Shown here piece after piece: positions 13,980 to 28,479 of a stretch of 64,000 nucleotides of DNA (positions within the stretch are counted from its first letter, which is position 1; each line of letters begins with the position of its first letter). A model generated the notes under the pieces. The model saw only the letters and a program-made list of their open reading frames with translations, had not been told where the DNA came from and did no database searches. Origin of the DNA: Rhizophagus irregularis (Eukaryota); NCBI RefSeq assembly GCF_026210795.1, contig NC_089435.1, forward strand, positions 2,108,001 to 2,172,000, read 5' to 3'. A program made the position numbers and the translations under genes.

Positions 13980-14208
13980 ATTGTCCGGAGCGAAGCGAAG
14001 GACTATATATGTCTACGCACTATGATGATCTATGGAAATAACGTGTAAATTTTCAATCACGTGAGTTTCTCTGTCCAGGAATTCCAAGGCTAATCAGCAG
14101 AAAATTACCGGAATTCCAAGGCGTTATCCTGCTAATTAGTAGAATATCGCTACATCTTTATTTATTATACCTTGCTCCAGACTTAGTACAACGGTTCCCG
14201 TTTCCTAG
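13980..14208 (+). mobile_element. Small non-autonomous Helentron/Helitron-like element
   Basis: 5' GTCCGGAGCGAAG has a subterminal inverted copy CTTGCTCCAGAC (14171-14182), then hairpin AACGG-TTC-CCGTT and CTAG|T; it interrupts a T-rich repeat unit that is uninterrupted at about 14415-14460. Confidence 0.7.
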
Positions 14209-16113
14209 TTATTAAAAAAGTGTAATAATCTGTTGAAAAAAACCACACTTTTATAATTATAGCTATAAAAAAAGGGTGGTTTCATTGTAACTAATTTATT
14301 TATAGTTATTAAATTGTGGCTTTAGTTCTTTTAACTAATATTAACATATGAATTTAATTGTAGATTATTTTCATTGTGACGTAAATGATGATCATCTTTC
14401 GATTTTCAATTTGTAAATTTATTTATTTTTTTTTATTATTAATTAAAAAAATGTGTAATTTATGGGAAAAATCACAATTTTTAATTTAATTAACAAACAA
14501 ATAAAAAAATACAATTTTATTAATAAAAAAAAGTACCTTCATTATAACTAATTTATTTATAGTTACTATATACAAGTTTCAATTTTTATAACATGTGAAT
14601 CAAATTTTAGATTATTTTTTACTTACTGTGACGTAAATGATGATCAACTTCAATTCACGAAATTTATTTAAACAACTGCTGTCCAAAAAACAATCAATTG
14701 ATATATTGAAATTGAAATTGAAATTGAAATTGAAATTCATTGCAATGAAACGAAATTTCAATTATGTTTATATATATTTTATTTAAAAACGGACCCTGTT
14801 TTGCCATATTTGCTAACCAAATTAGGACCTACTTCCTTCCTTTTTTGGAATACAACTTATTATTATAACGGCCAATCACAATAAACAACACTATGAAATT
14901 TAGATCATCTGAGTGCTAACAACTTTGTATCGTGATCTGTATATATTGATAAATATATATTCGACATGTTTGATATTGATCAACAATCGCTCTGATGATC
15001 GTTAAAAACCAAAAATCCACAGAAGAAATTTTTACTAAAAAACACATTTCTTTATAGACAAGTGTCGATTTTTTCACCAATTTTGGTCTCTACGTTCTTC
15101 TCGGAACATTATCATATGAGTTTTGCTATAGGGAAAAAATTTTTGAAAAAATTTCTTAAAAATTTAGAAAAATCTTATCGCCCTGTTACTAACGACGAAG
15201 ACATATATCTTACATATTCGTCTCCCAATAAAAGAAACAATATGACTTCCAGTCAACCTGCAGGTTCTTCTCAAACTGCTCATAACACCATAACGGACAC
15301 GACTATGGAAGAGGCATTATCCACCTCTCCCACTCATATTCTCTCGCACAGCGAAATCGAACTTACATCACGTGACTTACAGGAAAATGATATTCACACG
15401 CAAACACCAATCACTGAAAATTTGACTTTTATGGAGGAAGATCCTATTGAACCTAACCCCGATAAGGGGAAATCACCAGAAACACAATCAGCCACACAAA
15501 TAAACACTCCTAATCCGGTACAAATCACGGTGCTAAATGATATTTTTAAACAGACACCACAAGCTTCAAACAAAGCACACAAAGGATTTATTCCTAGAGA
15601 TAGTTTCCCACCGAAACTTTCTAACAACGAAATTATCAATCTAATAAAGACGTCATTTATCAAAGACAGTAATGCTTTTAGATTTGATGTTAATACAACA
15701 TCCACATATAGATACTTTACTATTCACTTCAGAACACGTGACTCACTTGTTCAATATATCGAAAAAAGTCCTGACAACCTCAAACACATAAAAATTTACG
15801 AACTCACCAATGAGACTATCAACACATTAATTGAACGCAAATTCGCTAATTTAGACCAGGCCGTCATAAAAATTATGGATATCCCATACAACTACGATAC
15901 ATCCATGCTCATCAAGCAAGGACCCCGAAGAATATATAAATAACTCAGATCCAAATTTAAATTTTAATATGTTCTTTATACATTTAATTTTTATTAATAG
16001 CTTTATACAAAATCAGCATATAAGTTCTAATCCTATTATAATTTTATACAACTTTACCTCTAAGTTATAAATTCTATGCAATTATCTGAATTACTTCTTT
16101 TTGATTAAAAAAA

Positions 16114-19100
16114 TTATAATGAATTTTTGCTTTGTTTAATAACTGAAGAGTATTATCATCAAAAACCTTTATATCTTGCATGTTTAAATGATAAATAACA
16201 TTTTTTGGATGTTGATGAGTAATTAAAAAACATCCCTCCTCTGTTAAAGCTGAAAAAATATTACGTATAGGAGTAAAAACTTTGAGAGTTATATATGATA
16301 TATTTTCAATGTCTGTAATTGGTTCTTGATGATAACTATAATATCCATATGCTTCATAAAAGCTAGAAATTACTTGTCCAATACAAAGTTGTAATCCAAA
16401 AACAACTAGAATAAAATCTTGCTCATTAAGAGGATTATGACTATTAATATTTGCTGATTCAATATTTTCAACTATAAAATGAAAAAATTATTTTAATAAT
16501 TTCTAATAATATAATAAACTTATTCAATTTATACTCACTTAAATTTTTATTATCAATTAAAATTTTTTGCCGTTTTTTTGATTGCCCCTTTTCATAAAAA
16601 GTAGCAAGAGATTGGCTCATAGTTTTTCGCTCATTTTTCCATCTCTTTTCACGTTGTTTAACAATTCGCATTTCAGCATTTTCATTTTTACTAAAAAATG
16701 AGACAATATGATTTGCTTGATTAGGTTTAATTAAACCAGATTTGCATAATTTTGTACTATTAGTTTTAATTGTACGTTCAATATTGCGAGAATTATAAGC
16801 ATTATGCTTCTCACGTTGATACACCATTTCTTGAAAATCAATTACATTTTCAGTAACCAGTATAGTAGTATCAGTATTATTAATATCTTAAATTTAAAAT
16901 AAATAATATTAGTATCTATAAATAATTATTTATAAATTGTAATTCTTTAACATTACCTGTATTAATTATACTTGAATCCAATGTTTCATCTATATCAATA
17001 AAAGAAAGTTGCTTTTGACATTCATTTAAAGACAAATTTTGACTATCTTTATTTATGTTTACTTTTTCCCTTTCATTTTCTTTTTGTCTTATAAGATTCA
17101 CTTCTTTAGCCGCATAACCAATTATTTGAGAAAGATCAAGATTAGAAAAATTCTCATCTGAATCTTGCATGCATTCATCATGATTATCTGAACCAGATAC
17201 TTCTCCATCATTAGGACCTATTAAGATATAAGGCCGAAGTGAATTAATAGGTACAATATCGGGAGTCAACATTCCTAGAAATTCAGCAAGATCACATGCT
17301 AGTTGGCGTGACTGATCAAATGCATGATGAATTTGAATATCATTTGGCCAAGATCACAATATATTCACTTGATCAAATTCAATAATTTCGTTATTATATT
17401 CAAATTGATATCCTATCAAGTAAAATAATTAATTTATTTATATGTTAGCTATAATCATTATATAGTATTAAACAAAGGAATTTTTTTTACTTACCATCAC
17501 GTACAGATTTCTCTTTATTGAAAGACAATTCTTTTGAATTTAATGCTTTGGTATAGTGGCCAATTTTTGGTACCATTTCTAACAACTCTGCAAAATCAAA
17601 ATCAGCATTAATTTGCCGTGCTGCTCCAAAAAAATGTTCACAGGCTTCTGAACCATGAATCCAAGGAATAAGAGGATATTGACTATAATAATCTCTATGA
17701 GCTTTTACAAGTAAAACTATTGATTCTGCTAATGAAGTCATTATTGCAAATGTTTGAGATGCAATAAAGTTCTGAGATACAGAAATAAATTCAGGATACT
17801 TTCGTGCTAATGTATTTATATGAAATCGCCAAATTCGCAAAAAAAAATAAGAAGTCATTGCCATTCTTATTCGTTCAAGAGGTGAAATATTTCTATTCAA
17901 ATAACTATCAACCAATTCACCTAATAAAATAAGATAAATATTAAATAAATATATTTAGTATATTTATATTTATAAACAAAAGAGTTGCAGTTCCTTACCA
18001 ATTATAAATAGATATATAAATGTGCCCTTGAATTCGGATTTGATCTTATTATTAGAATCAAGGCAACATGCCAAATTTTTAGGGCAAAAGGTTCGATAAG
18101 CTGCACCATCGTCTTGACGATCAAGCTTATACACATCAGACTTATACATGGGACTTTGGAGATGAGATAACAATTTTGTAAAATGATTAAATCCTATAGT
18201 AGAATGACCAAATGTGAGAGCTCGAGCACCAGACATTGCTGCATTACGTCCCGTCTTCTTAGCATGTTTAGGATCTTGAATTCGTACTATTGGTCCAATA
18301 TTTGGAAAATTGGACAACTGAAATCAATGTTATATGGTGTATAATTAAATCTAAGTCTATCGGAAGTTTTAATCTGTTAAATTTGAGTTTGTGCGTTAAA
18401 CTCAACTTGTGCACCATCAGAACCAATTGAGATTATGTGTAATCCAAGTTCCTGTGCAAAATCCAAAAGTAACTTATGTATATTGACGATTGATTCCGTT
18501 TTATCAGATCCATTGTTAGGAAGAAGAGCAATAATTACTGGAGGAAATTTTGGCAACGGAACCTAAATAGAATTTCGTAATGTTAACATAATTATATTTA
18601 ACCTGCCTTACCAATATATTAATAATATTTACCTGTAATATATACACTCTTACATATTTTGCAATAGAATTATTTTCCTTAATTTTGTTGATTACAAGTG
18701 GAATATCGTTATATGTTTTGATACTTGTCTCATTAACTGAAAATGTAGATCCAATTATGCATCCCATCTGCGATGAATATCGGAGGCGAGGTTTTAGTTT
18801 TGTATTGTCGGACATAGCTGCAATCGGTCCATCATAACCAATTGAATCCAAAAATCGCTTAAAACGAGCTACGTTTTCAAAACAAAGTGTTGGATCCGTT
18901 AATATATCTTCAGAATTAGAACGCAAACGCCTAAAGATTGTTAAAAAGCTTTATTAAGTTATTTTTTAAATAAAATGTACCAAGATAGTAATTTTATACC
19001 TGATATTCTGGATCGTTAAACCTTCTAAGTTTTGTCGAAATAAATTTAATGCATGCGGACTAAAGGTACCAAGTACTATGAGAAAGTTTTTAAATTCCTC

Positions 19101-20188
19101 AGAATATTTCAGGTTTTGTTTACCCTTATTTTTCTCTTTTTTAGATGCAACTTGTGTCATAATTTCACAAAGACCTGTAAAAACTGGTTTTTCTTTAAAA
19201 GCACCATTAATACCTTTATTTGCCAATGTTACCCAAACATCTGAAGCCGTATCAGAGTTATTGTCTTTGATAAGAGACCAAACGATATTAAGATCAACAT
19301 ATTTCAAATACTTTTTCAGAGGATCGTTTTCGAAATAGTGTTTTGGGATATGCTTCAATTTTGATTTTGGTGGTTTTACAATTGCAATTCGATTTTGTAA
19401 ATTCTTATCAACTTTTAAGCTAAGACATTCATTACAAGCACTTTTATCAGTATATCCTGCGCAATTCATTGAACATACAGAATTACCTTGATTAAAGATA
19501 TTTTATTAATATGTATATATACAGATTATATGAAACAAATAGCACTTCAACTTACAATCACGATCAACTCGCCATATTGCTTCTGAATATAACTGACGAT
19601 TCAATCGGCATTTTTGTGAATGAGTTAATCTCTTACGCGTAAATTTATTTGGAAAGAGATTAGGGAAAAGCTCCTTTGCTACAATTTCAATTCTTCTAGT
19701 TCCACCAAATTGAACAGGAGTACGACTGATATATTGGCGAATTGATCTAGATTTGAGACCAGGGCAAGGTTTCATTTATTGTTAGATAAGGTTATTGCAT
19801 CATCTTCACTACTTGAGTATTCATCCTCAATATCACTTTCTGTTTGTACTTCATTTTCTTCATCAACGTTAAACAAATCATCATCATCCATTCTATCATC
19901 ATCATCACTTTCCCATTCTTCGGCACTACTAACATCATCTGCATTTTCATTTTTTTCATTTTTTTCTAGCTTAGAAATTGGTTTATAAAAATTCAAGATA
20001 GATTGAACTCCTTGCTTAGCCAAACATCCTTTACCCTTAACGTGAATATTTAAAAAGGTTTCATCATAGCGACGACTAAGTTTAATAGTTTTACCACAAC
20101 GACAAATAACTTTCTTCATACGAAGTATGTGAGCGCAATATGGATGTTTTGCAAGTCTTTCCTTGCTATATTTCCAAGCAAATGGCAT
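16114..20188 (-). pseudogene. Multi-exon P-element/THAP9-like DDE transposase, inactivated (3' end approximate)
   Basis: Spliced exons (20188-19556, 19486-19000, 18930-18633, 18562-17999, 17920-17495, 17412 onward) give MSDNTK, IGSDGA, QDPKHAKKTGRN (DxxHxxKxxRN), DRQD and SEACEHFFGAARQ (ExxFGxxR); frameshifts near 19775 and 18310, in-frame stops near 18378 and 17354. Confidence 0.78.
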
Positions 20189-20269
20189 TTTAAGAAAAAC
20201 AAAAAGAACCAAAGTTTATGATAAAAATATGAAGAATTTTTAAAAATAAAACGTATAACAAGAGATGAA

Positions 20270-20378
20270 AATACACAATAAAAAAAAATAAAATGCACGA
20301 TAAAAAAAAATGAAATGCACGATGAAAAAAAAGATGAAATGCACGATGAAAAAAAAGATGAAATGCACGATGATGAAA
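20270..20378. repeat. Four tandem ~22-24-bp units (AAATGCACGATGAAAAAAAAGATG) upstream of the transposase
   Basis: Directly visible. Confidence 0.8.
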
Positions 20379-22192
20379 AATTGTATGATCACATTTTTTA
20401 TATATAGATATATACTAATAATGTATAAATGTATTTTATACAAATTAAAATCTGAATTGCTTTAAAAATCTATTTCCGTTATACAAACGTATACCTAACT
20501 TCTAAATTTACCGACTGATCAGATTATACAAATTTAACTTTAAGTTTCTAAAAAGTGATATAGTAACTTTATACAAACCTGAATCCCAGTTATATATATA
20601 ATCTTCGGGGTCCTATCAAGCACCTCGCCGTAAAACAGGTAGCAACGTCCTTGAATACAAGGAAATTAAAAAACCTCCAAGAAAAATTCCCAATCGCAAC
20701 AATCGCGGACGTACTATTTTCATAAAACCAGCCTACAAACTACTTATTGTCCAATTTGACAAACAGTCAGCATATGATTATTTTATGAAAGAAAACTATT
20801 GGAGCCTTGAAATCGAGAACTTCGTAGTAAGGATTTTACCTGGAAACCCTGACGACCCTGAATATAAAAAATGCACCAGCTGTTACTTTAAAATTACTGG
20901 ACTCCCCCTCAACACCACAGCCAAGGACATTGAACCACTTATCAAGCACGTCTATGGACGAACTTGTACATTCACACAAACCACCAAACACTCAACTATG
21001 AAAAACGCCTATATTTACATTTCACTGGATAACTATCCAGTTGACGCGATTAATGGCGCTTCCTCACTATTTGAAGGTTATAACCTCCACATCCTACCGG
21101 GTCATCTATCACTCAAAACGTGTAACACTTGTGGATCACCCCTTCACGAAACGAAAGATTGTGATGATAAAAACTTCGATACAGACCAATCTAATCGCAA
21201 ATTCTTCAAAAAATGATTTATTAATCGTAATGAAGAAAAAATTACAATCAGTGAAAACCACAGAGCCAGATATAATCACGTCATAACTCTAAATGCAAAT
21301 AAAAGTTCAAACACAACGTCACCAAATTATAAGTCTAGCCAACCACTAGCACGCAATTACAATAACAAAAATCCACAATCAGGCAGCTTGTTATATCCTC
21401 GTCAAAACAAACAACCATACAACCATACAAACCATGGCAATAATAGCAAAAATTATAAATATGACAATTCCTATATTGCCCCGCACTTGGACAATCCTCA
21501 AATGTCTACCACCAAAAACTCAGAACACAGAATTACCCAACTGGAACAACAAGTCCAATCACTCCTAGATAGCGTTAAGACACTTCAAGAAGGAAAAACT
21601 AAAGTCGATAGTACTATCGCCGATATTCACCACAACCATAATTTAATGAGTTCATCACTCAATGATATAACCACCAGACTAGACAAGTACGACACAATTA
21701 TACAACATCTCACGACTAACATTAACCTACTTAGTCAAGAAAAGATCGCACAATCAAAAGATCGCTCCATCAAATCACCAAAAAGAACATCACCATACGA
21801 ACAGTCTTTGTATAGGGCAGCAAAAACTAGATATAATCTAAGAGCAATAAACAAGGTAACATCACAGCGAAAGACAGTGAACAGCCCTTAGCAACTGATG
21901 AAGACACTGACGCCCCCGATGATGTCGTTATGTCAGACAGTGCCGTCTTTGAAGGAATCATTGACGAACTATCAAACACAACACCAACTGAGACTAAGTT
22001 CTCAGTTAAATCCTATAACCCTCTTAACCTCCTCCCGCAGTTTAATGCAACGCATTAATTACGTGTCTAGTATTAATACTATCACCTCCCCCTCTCTTTT
22101 TTTTGGATATACTTCTTGGATTTACCCATTTAGATATTAATGGCTTAAATATTTCGATTCACATATTCATACTTTTTTATACAATTTTTTTT

Positions 22193-25100
22193 ATGGAATA
22201 CACCAATTTGAAATCCCCGGCTGACCTCGAAAATCAGCCTTCTGAACCCATTTTACAATATTCTTATTCTAAATATAATAATAATACAAAAATACAAAAA
22301 AATCATAAAAAACCCCAAAATCACAAAAATATTAATCAAAATTTCCACCCTCCATACAACAATGACACATATACATCAAATTCACAAAATTACACTTGTG
22401 AATCTCGTAACGAAGAAGATAAAAACATGTTAAATTATATCGAATATAACATATTCGACGATAATGATACATTAGGGATGGCGTCTACCTCTCAACCACA
22501 CGACACCCCTATACCTTCATTCCCCCAATTACGTACACATTTCATTGATTACCATAAATTTGGTACAATTAATATTCAAGGAGGATTTAATAATAAATTA
22601 AATGATATTCTCCAATTTTTTACACTTCACAATTACGATATACTTATTTTAACTGAAACTGGTCTCCATCAATATACCAATATAGACATGGACCTTAATA
22701 AAACAATACACTCAATACACTCACTTCCGTCATTGAATAATGACAACACTAAACCAAATATTCATGTTTATACAGATAACAAAGGAAATACCAAAGGCAG
22801 TGGAGTCTCTATGATAATCACAGATCAACTGCAGAAACATATTATTAAAACCAACACTTTTTTTGGTCGTATCCTTACGGTAGACCTGTGCTTCAAAGGC
22901 AACCATTATATCAAACTTATATGTTGTTATTTACCAGCTAACGCCGTTGACGACAAGATTTAATTATTAAATGTTATAAGGAAATAGAGAATATTTTAAC
23001 TAACGCTATGCACAACCATTTTGAATGTATAGTTTTAGGTGATTTAAATATCAGCTTTGACAAATTGAAAAAATCCAATCATTATCCTATTTGGAGACGT
23101 GAAATTAAAACAATCCTTAAAAACTTTGGCCTTAAAGACTTACTCAAATCCTTTCACGAACGTCTATCACCAACACATAGTACCAAAAGAAACGATGGAC
23201 CAGATATACAATCTCGTATTGATTACATATTCACCTCATCCAACATTCTTCAACATAGTTTTTACGCTTATACTCATAGCATTTCTGAAGACCTTTTTAC
23301 TACAGATCATAAGGCTCTAAGTTGTTACTTGACTCAAGATTACTTTAGAAATAAATTCAATAGCTCTAGGAAAAGCTTAGAAAAATCACCCACGTACAAA
23401 CCTAATACCAATCCTCAAATTCGCTATAAATACCATTCTATGACCACAGAATCTTGGTCTAATTACAAACTTATCAACGGTATTATATATCGTCAACACA
23501 TTAACAATTCAATTTCACCGGACAAAACACCGGAACAACAAATTGAGTTCTATTGGTCTAATATCAAAGATATTATTAACCAAACTAAAGAAAAATGTAT
23601 TCCCTTTTCTGAATATAAGAAATACACGAAACATGATCATCCCCTTTGTTTAAGACAAAATAATAATAAAATACTTACACTTCGTACGATTTTACGAAAA
23701 TTCTCTAATATTAAAATTAATAGAATACAGGGTGATCACGACAAATGGAAAGATTACTGGAAACTTTGGGGTACACTACGTAAACAAATTTTGGTTATAG
23801 ACGTCCACTTTAATGCCAAACGTACTATTTGGTTACCAGTTAATTTGACGATCGATAATATATTTGACGTCAAAAAAGATTTACAAAGCCTTTTACGAGT
23901 CATTAATGTTTTACATAAACAGGAAGAAGATTCATGGACTATTAACAAAATTAACAAATATATTAACGATAGGAATAATAATTTAATCCACGACCAAAAA
24001 AGAATGATTAATAGTATCCTTGACCGTAAACCTCAAAAAATAACTTTAGATCGTTTACATTACTATGATCAACAAACTAATCAATTTCAATTTACTAATA
24101 ACCCACATATTATAGCAGAACAAACTAATTTACATTTTCAATGTTTAGGAAAAGACCTTAATGAAATTAGAAATATTAAAGAGTATAAGTCAATTCAAGA
24201 CCTCCCGTTATATTGGAGATCGACCTACGAACCCATCAACAATCGTAACTGTAAACATATGAATTCATTATCGGAGGATTTCTCAATTGAAGAATTATCC
24301 CAAGTCATTTCATCACTTCCAAATAATAAAGCCGCAGGCATCTCTGGAATTACATACAAAGACATCAAACATACCCATCAAGATTTCAGAGAATATATTC
24401 AACAATTTTTTAATTATATTATACAGGTCCAAATTTATCCACGGGATTGGTTATACGCATTTCTTTTCCCTATACCCAAACCAAAGGCTTGGGACTGTAA
24501 AATAGAAAACACACAACCTATAGTCTTGTTGGAAACATTTAGAAAACTATTTGTTAAAATTTTGACACAAAGGATTAACACTAAACTTATGACGTATAAC
24601 CTGATTAATGAAAACAATCGGGCGGGTTTGATGGGACAATCAACGTTACAACCACTACAAGTTATCCAACATATAATTGAATCTGCTTATAAGGACAAAA
24701 AACAGCTTTGGATTGGTTTACAAGACCTTAGCAAGGCCTATGATAGAGTTAATTCATCTCTATTGAAATTAGCTTTAGAACGCCTCCACTTTCCTGATAA
24801 AATTACCACTCTTCTAATATCCTTATTTAGTGATCGGAAAAATAATGTTATATTACCTTTTGGCTTATCCGCTGACTATGATGTAATTCAAGGCATAGAC
24901 CAAGGCGAAGTCATTAGTCCGATTTTATGGATTATTTATTATGATCCTATGTTTTCACACTTGTCACAATTAACGGAAAACTTACATATTACCCGTATCA
25001 ACAAAATTAATAATATATACTAACCGGATACAGACCTACAGATAGATTACTCATCGTCAGTGGTGGGTTACCTTGATGACACCAGTTGGTTTGCATCTTC

Positions 25101-28100
25101 CAAACTACAATTGGAATCAAATCTCCAAATAGCGAATTCCTTTTACGATATGGCGAATATCACCATTAATCATGACAAATATATTATCCTTACTAATAAC
25201 CCTAAATTTTGTAACAAGGATTTACAATTCCAGGTTACCCCTTCCAAATCAATTACGATTAGAACAGTGCCACGCACTTCGTCCAACCGAATTCTTGGAA
25301 TCTACATCAACGCATTTAATTCACATACGCCAACGTTAAAAAAGATTAAAAAAATAGTCAATCACTTCGCGTATACAATGCGTTTCAAGAAAATAACCCA
25401 TGACCACCTTATTTACATTATTAACAAAGTATTATTACCCAAATTGGAGTATATTAACCAATTCACTATTTTCACACGTTCACAATGTGATTCTTTATTA
25501 GCCCCAGTTAAAAAACTTTTCAAACAACATTTAAAATTACCAATATCTACACATAATAACATTATCCATAACAAACTATTTCCGTCTATCAATAGTTTCT
25601 TTTACAATCAATTTTATTCACATATATCAATAGTCAATGTTATTTTAGATACCCCTATGTTTTCCACTATTGGTTTACAAAAAATTTTTAAATACACAAT
25701 ATGATTTTTGGATCCCCAATTTTCCTACGTCCAAAGATTTAGCTAATCCTATTTCTTCAAATTATCAATCCCTTTTAACTCGACAATTACGTTTATTTAA
25801 TAATTTTTATATTACTTTTTACCACACTGTAATACATCTGTTTCTGGTGGTGGTAATTCCATAGTATCATATTTTAATTCACATCAGTTTCTCGACCCTT
25901 TATCAAGTAGCGACCTCCAAAGCTTGCGGAAAAAACGCATAATGTTCATGGACCAGTTAGCGTCCATCGATGGTTCCTACTTAAGCACCTGGAAAGATGT
26001 CAAAAAACAAAACCCTAAGGCAAATTTTAAAGGACCTACACCCAAGTGGTTTCAAAAACTTGAAAAATCCAACATTATTGCGGCCGAAAGTTCACGCTGC
26101 CTTTTACAAAATTTAATCGTTTCCCCGCCATCGTGATACGACTTTATGTCACCTCCTATATGAAAAGCATCTAATTACCGCCCTAAGAATGAATGGACTA
26201 TTTCTTGGGACCTTGTACACCAATGTGAATTATACGGCAAGACGATCGAACAACAGAATGACCTATATGATACTAGTCTTACTTATCAAACACATTATAT
26301 ACCAGTGGTAGACGCTGATACTAGATCCAATTTAACACCTAAAAAAGTAACACCTACGTTGCAGCCTTGTCCTGGACAATGTGGTCATAGTGTACCTTTC
26401 AGTAGCGATTTGCGTCCAAAATGTGTTATTGTTTCATTAACATCACATTTGATTTTTTTTAATGTTCATGCAAAAAAATTTATCCCTAATAAACAATTTT
26501 TAAAATTAGAAAAATCTTTTATTTTTCCAGTTACACCTTTACATACACTTCGTACACAAGCGTTTACATTTAGTAAACATAGATTAATTATACCCAATGT
26601 TTTACCTTCAACGGTCCCTATTTTATCCACATTAGATTCATACTTAAATGTGAATTCAGAAATATTCAATAATTCGATTAATTTAAATTTAAATATTTCT
26701 TCTTCTCTTTTCATTAATAATATATTTGTAGGAAATAGAGATCTGATTATTGAACTTTTAGAAATAGCTAAACAATTTTTGTTATGGAAAAATTTTATTT
26801 TTTATACTGATGGTTCTTTTTCTAGTTTAGATGTTACTTCTTCTACTCAAACTCAAATGGATTTTGCTTGGATAGAAACTGCTGATGCAACTCCTAATTC
26901 AGGCCCTCCTCCACCATCATACAAAGGCGCTTTATCTTTTAATCCATCTTCTACCAAAGCGGAAGTTTACGCTTTACTCACGGCAATTATTGCAGTACCT
27001 GATAATAGTGAACTAGATGTTTTCACGGATTCGCTCAATGTTATCCATACCTTTTATGTAGTCACGAACAAATTAACTTCTATAAGAAGAATTTTGAAAT
27101 GTAATAACCATTTAGCGTGGCGTTTGATCGATACCTTAATCACAAAAAAATCCTTGATTGTAAGATTACACAAAGTCAAAGCTCACTCCAATGACTATTG
27201 GAACGACATGGCAGATGGTTTAGCCAACGCAGCACGCCAACTTGCACCTTATGAAATCAACCCTACAAATTTACCGGGTTCATTAATGACCCCTATTTGG
27301 GCTTCTATAGCACCAATTGATCGCGACATTAGAAAATTTTGTCATAACTTAACAGATGCTTATACTTTTGATCAATTCTTGGGTAACCCTTCACTCTCAC
27401 CTATTTTCGATAGATTTCCCTTACCCTCAATACATTGGCCTCTTACCTGAGCGTGGTTACAATTTAACTCCACGCCCGACGTATGTAGTTCTACCAAATC
27501 ATCACTCAGCGCTTTTAAAAGCAAAGCACTTAATCATATTCTCCCTTGTGGCGACGTTCTCACTAAACACTATCCTGACCTTTACCCTAATAATTACATA
27601 CCTTGCCCAGTATGTAACAATCATCAAGACACTAACGAACATTTGGGAATTTGTTCAAACCTTTTACCTATCATTAACAAAATTTTAATGGAACACAAAC
27701 GGATTTTACAAAGCCTCCTTGAGGAGAACACTTCATATGACCCCGTTCTCATTTCACAATCCATTGATCAATTCGAGCTCCTATCACCCATTTCAGGTTC
27801 AAACTCTTATAATCATCCTATATATTTAATTATACATCAACTTGTTTCACAAGATCTTTATAACCTTGTTCGTTCTTTTACGTTTAATGATAAACTTACA
27901 CGTTCAATTATATGGGACTTTTTAATATCACTACAAGAACATATTTATCAAGAAATATGGCCTAAACATTGTTCTTTATTGAAATTATGGGAACAACGCA
28001 ATGGAATTACATCCAAACGTAAACGTGATTTTCAAAGGAAAATACCAAAGAAGTCACGTGATCACCAATTAACTCAACCTACTGCTCGACCTAGAATTGC

Positions 28101-28446
28101 CTCTTCTTCTCAACACGGATCACAAAATCCTTCTCACCCCAGAGCTAGGACGAATTCCTCACCCTCTGATGGTATTTCTCGCCGTTCGTTTCACCTTTGG
28201 ACCTCTATGGTGCCGTCTACTCGTCCTTCTCACCTGCTGCATCTACTGATGTGGTTGATTTTGTGTACATGTAATTTTTTACATTCTGGTGGATGGTTGT
28301 TTCCTGTCCGGCATCCTAGTAGTTTCGAGTTAGATATAGATAATTTTCTTCTTCATGTAATTTTAGATTTAATTTTTTTTGTTCTTCTTTTTCGTTCGAT
28401 AGTACCTTCTAGACTCCCGGTTATGCCTGATTGTTCTATTGAATAG
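22193..28446 (+). pseudogene. LINE ORF2: AP endonuclease, reverse transcriptase, RNase H, C-terminal CCHC
   Basis: GTINIQG, ILTETG, GDLN, RIDYIF, TDH (APE); LQDLSKAYD, GIDQGEVISP, YLDD (RT); FYTDGS, AEVYA, FTDS, KVKAHS, N..AD (RNase H); CPVC...HLGIC; several stops and frameshifts. Confidence 0.92.
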
Positions 28447-28479
28447 TGGGCAAGACGACCCCTTCGGGCTTCTCCTGAG

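Larger units (their letters stand above)
11217..14974 (-). mobile_element. Internally deleted Helitron (3' end at 11217; 5' end not fixed, candidate A|TCTTATTAATG at 29426 beyond the LINE)
   Basis: Minus strand GGCCGCC-GCCA-GGCGGCC hairpin (11235-11252), then ...CTAG|T at 11217; Pif1-like C-terminal remnant and an OB-fold-like gene in the same orientation; internal subrepeats. Confidence 0.75.
15919..20614 (-). mobile_element. P-element-superfamily-like DNA transposon (4696 bp) inserted in LINE ORF1
   Basis: TIRs AGGACCCCGAAGAATATATAAATAACT / AGTTATATATATAATCTTCGGGGTCCT; perfect 8-bp TSD ATCAAGCA (15911-15918, 20615-20622). Confidence 0.88.
15242..22037 (+). pseudogene. LINE ORF1 (gag-like: RRM-like regions, CCHC knuckle, coiled coil), split by the P-like element
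   Basis: VIKIMDIPYNYD...MLIKH resumes after 20622; FKITGLPLNTT RRM-like segment; CNTCGSPLHETKDC zinc knuckle; frameshifts and stops. Confidence 0.75.

Noticed and set aside
14989..15060. 5' self-cleaving ribozyme at the LINE start (CTGATGA...GAAA)
   Set aside because: No convincing stem II or stem I pairing around the core words
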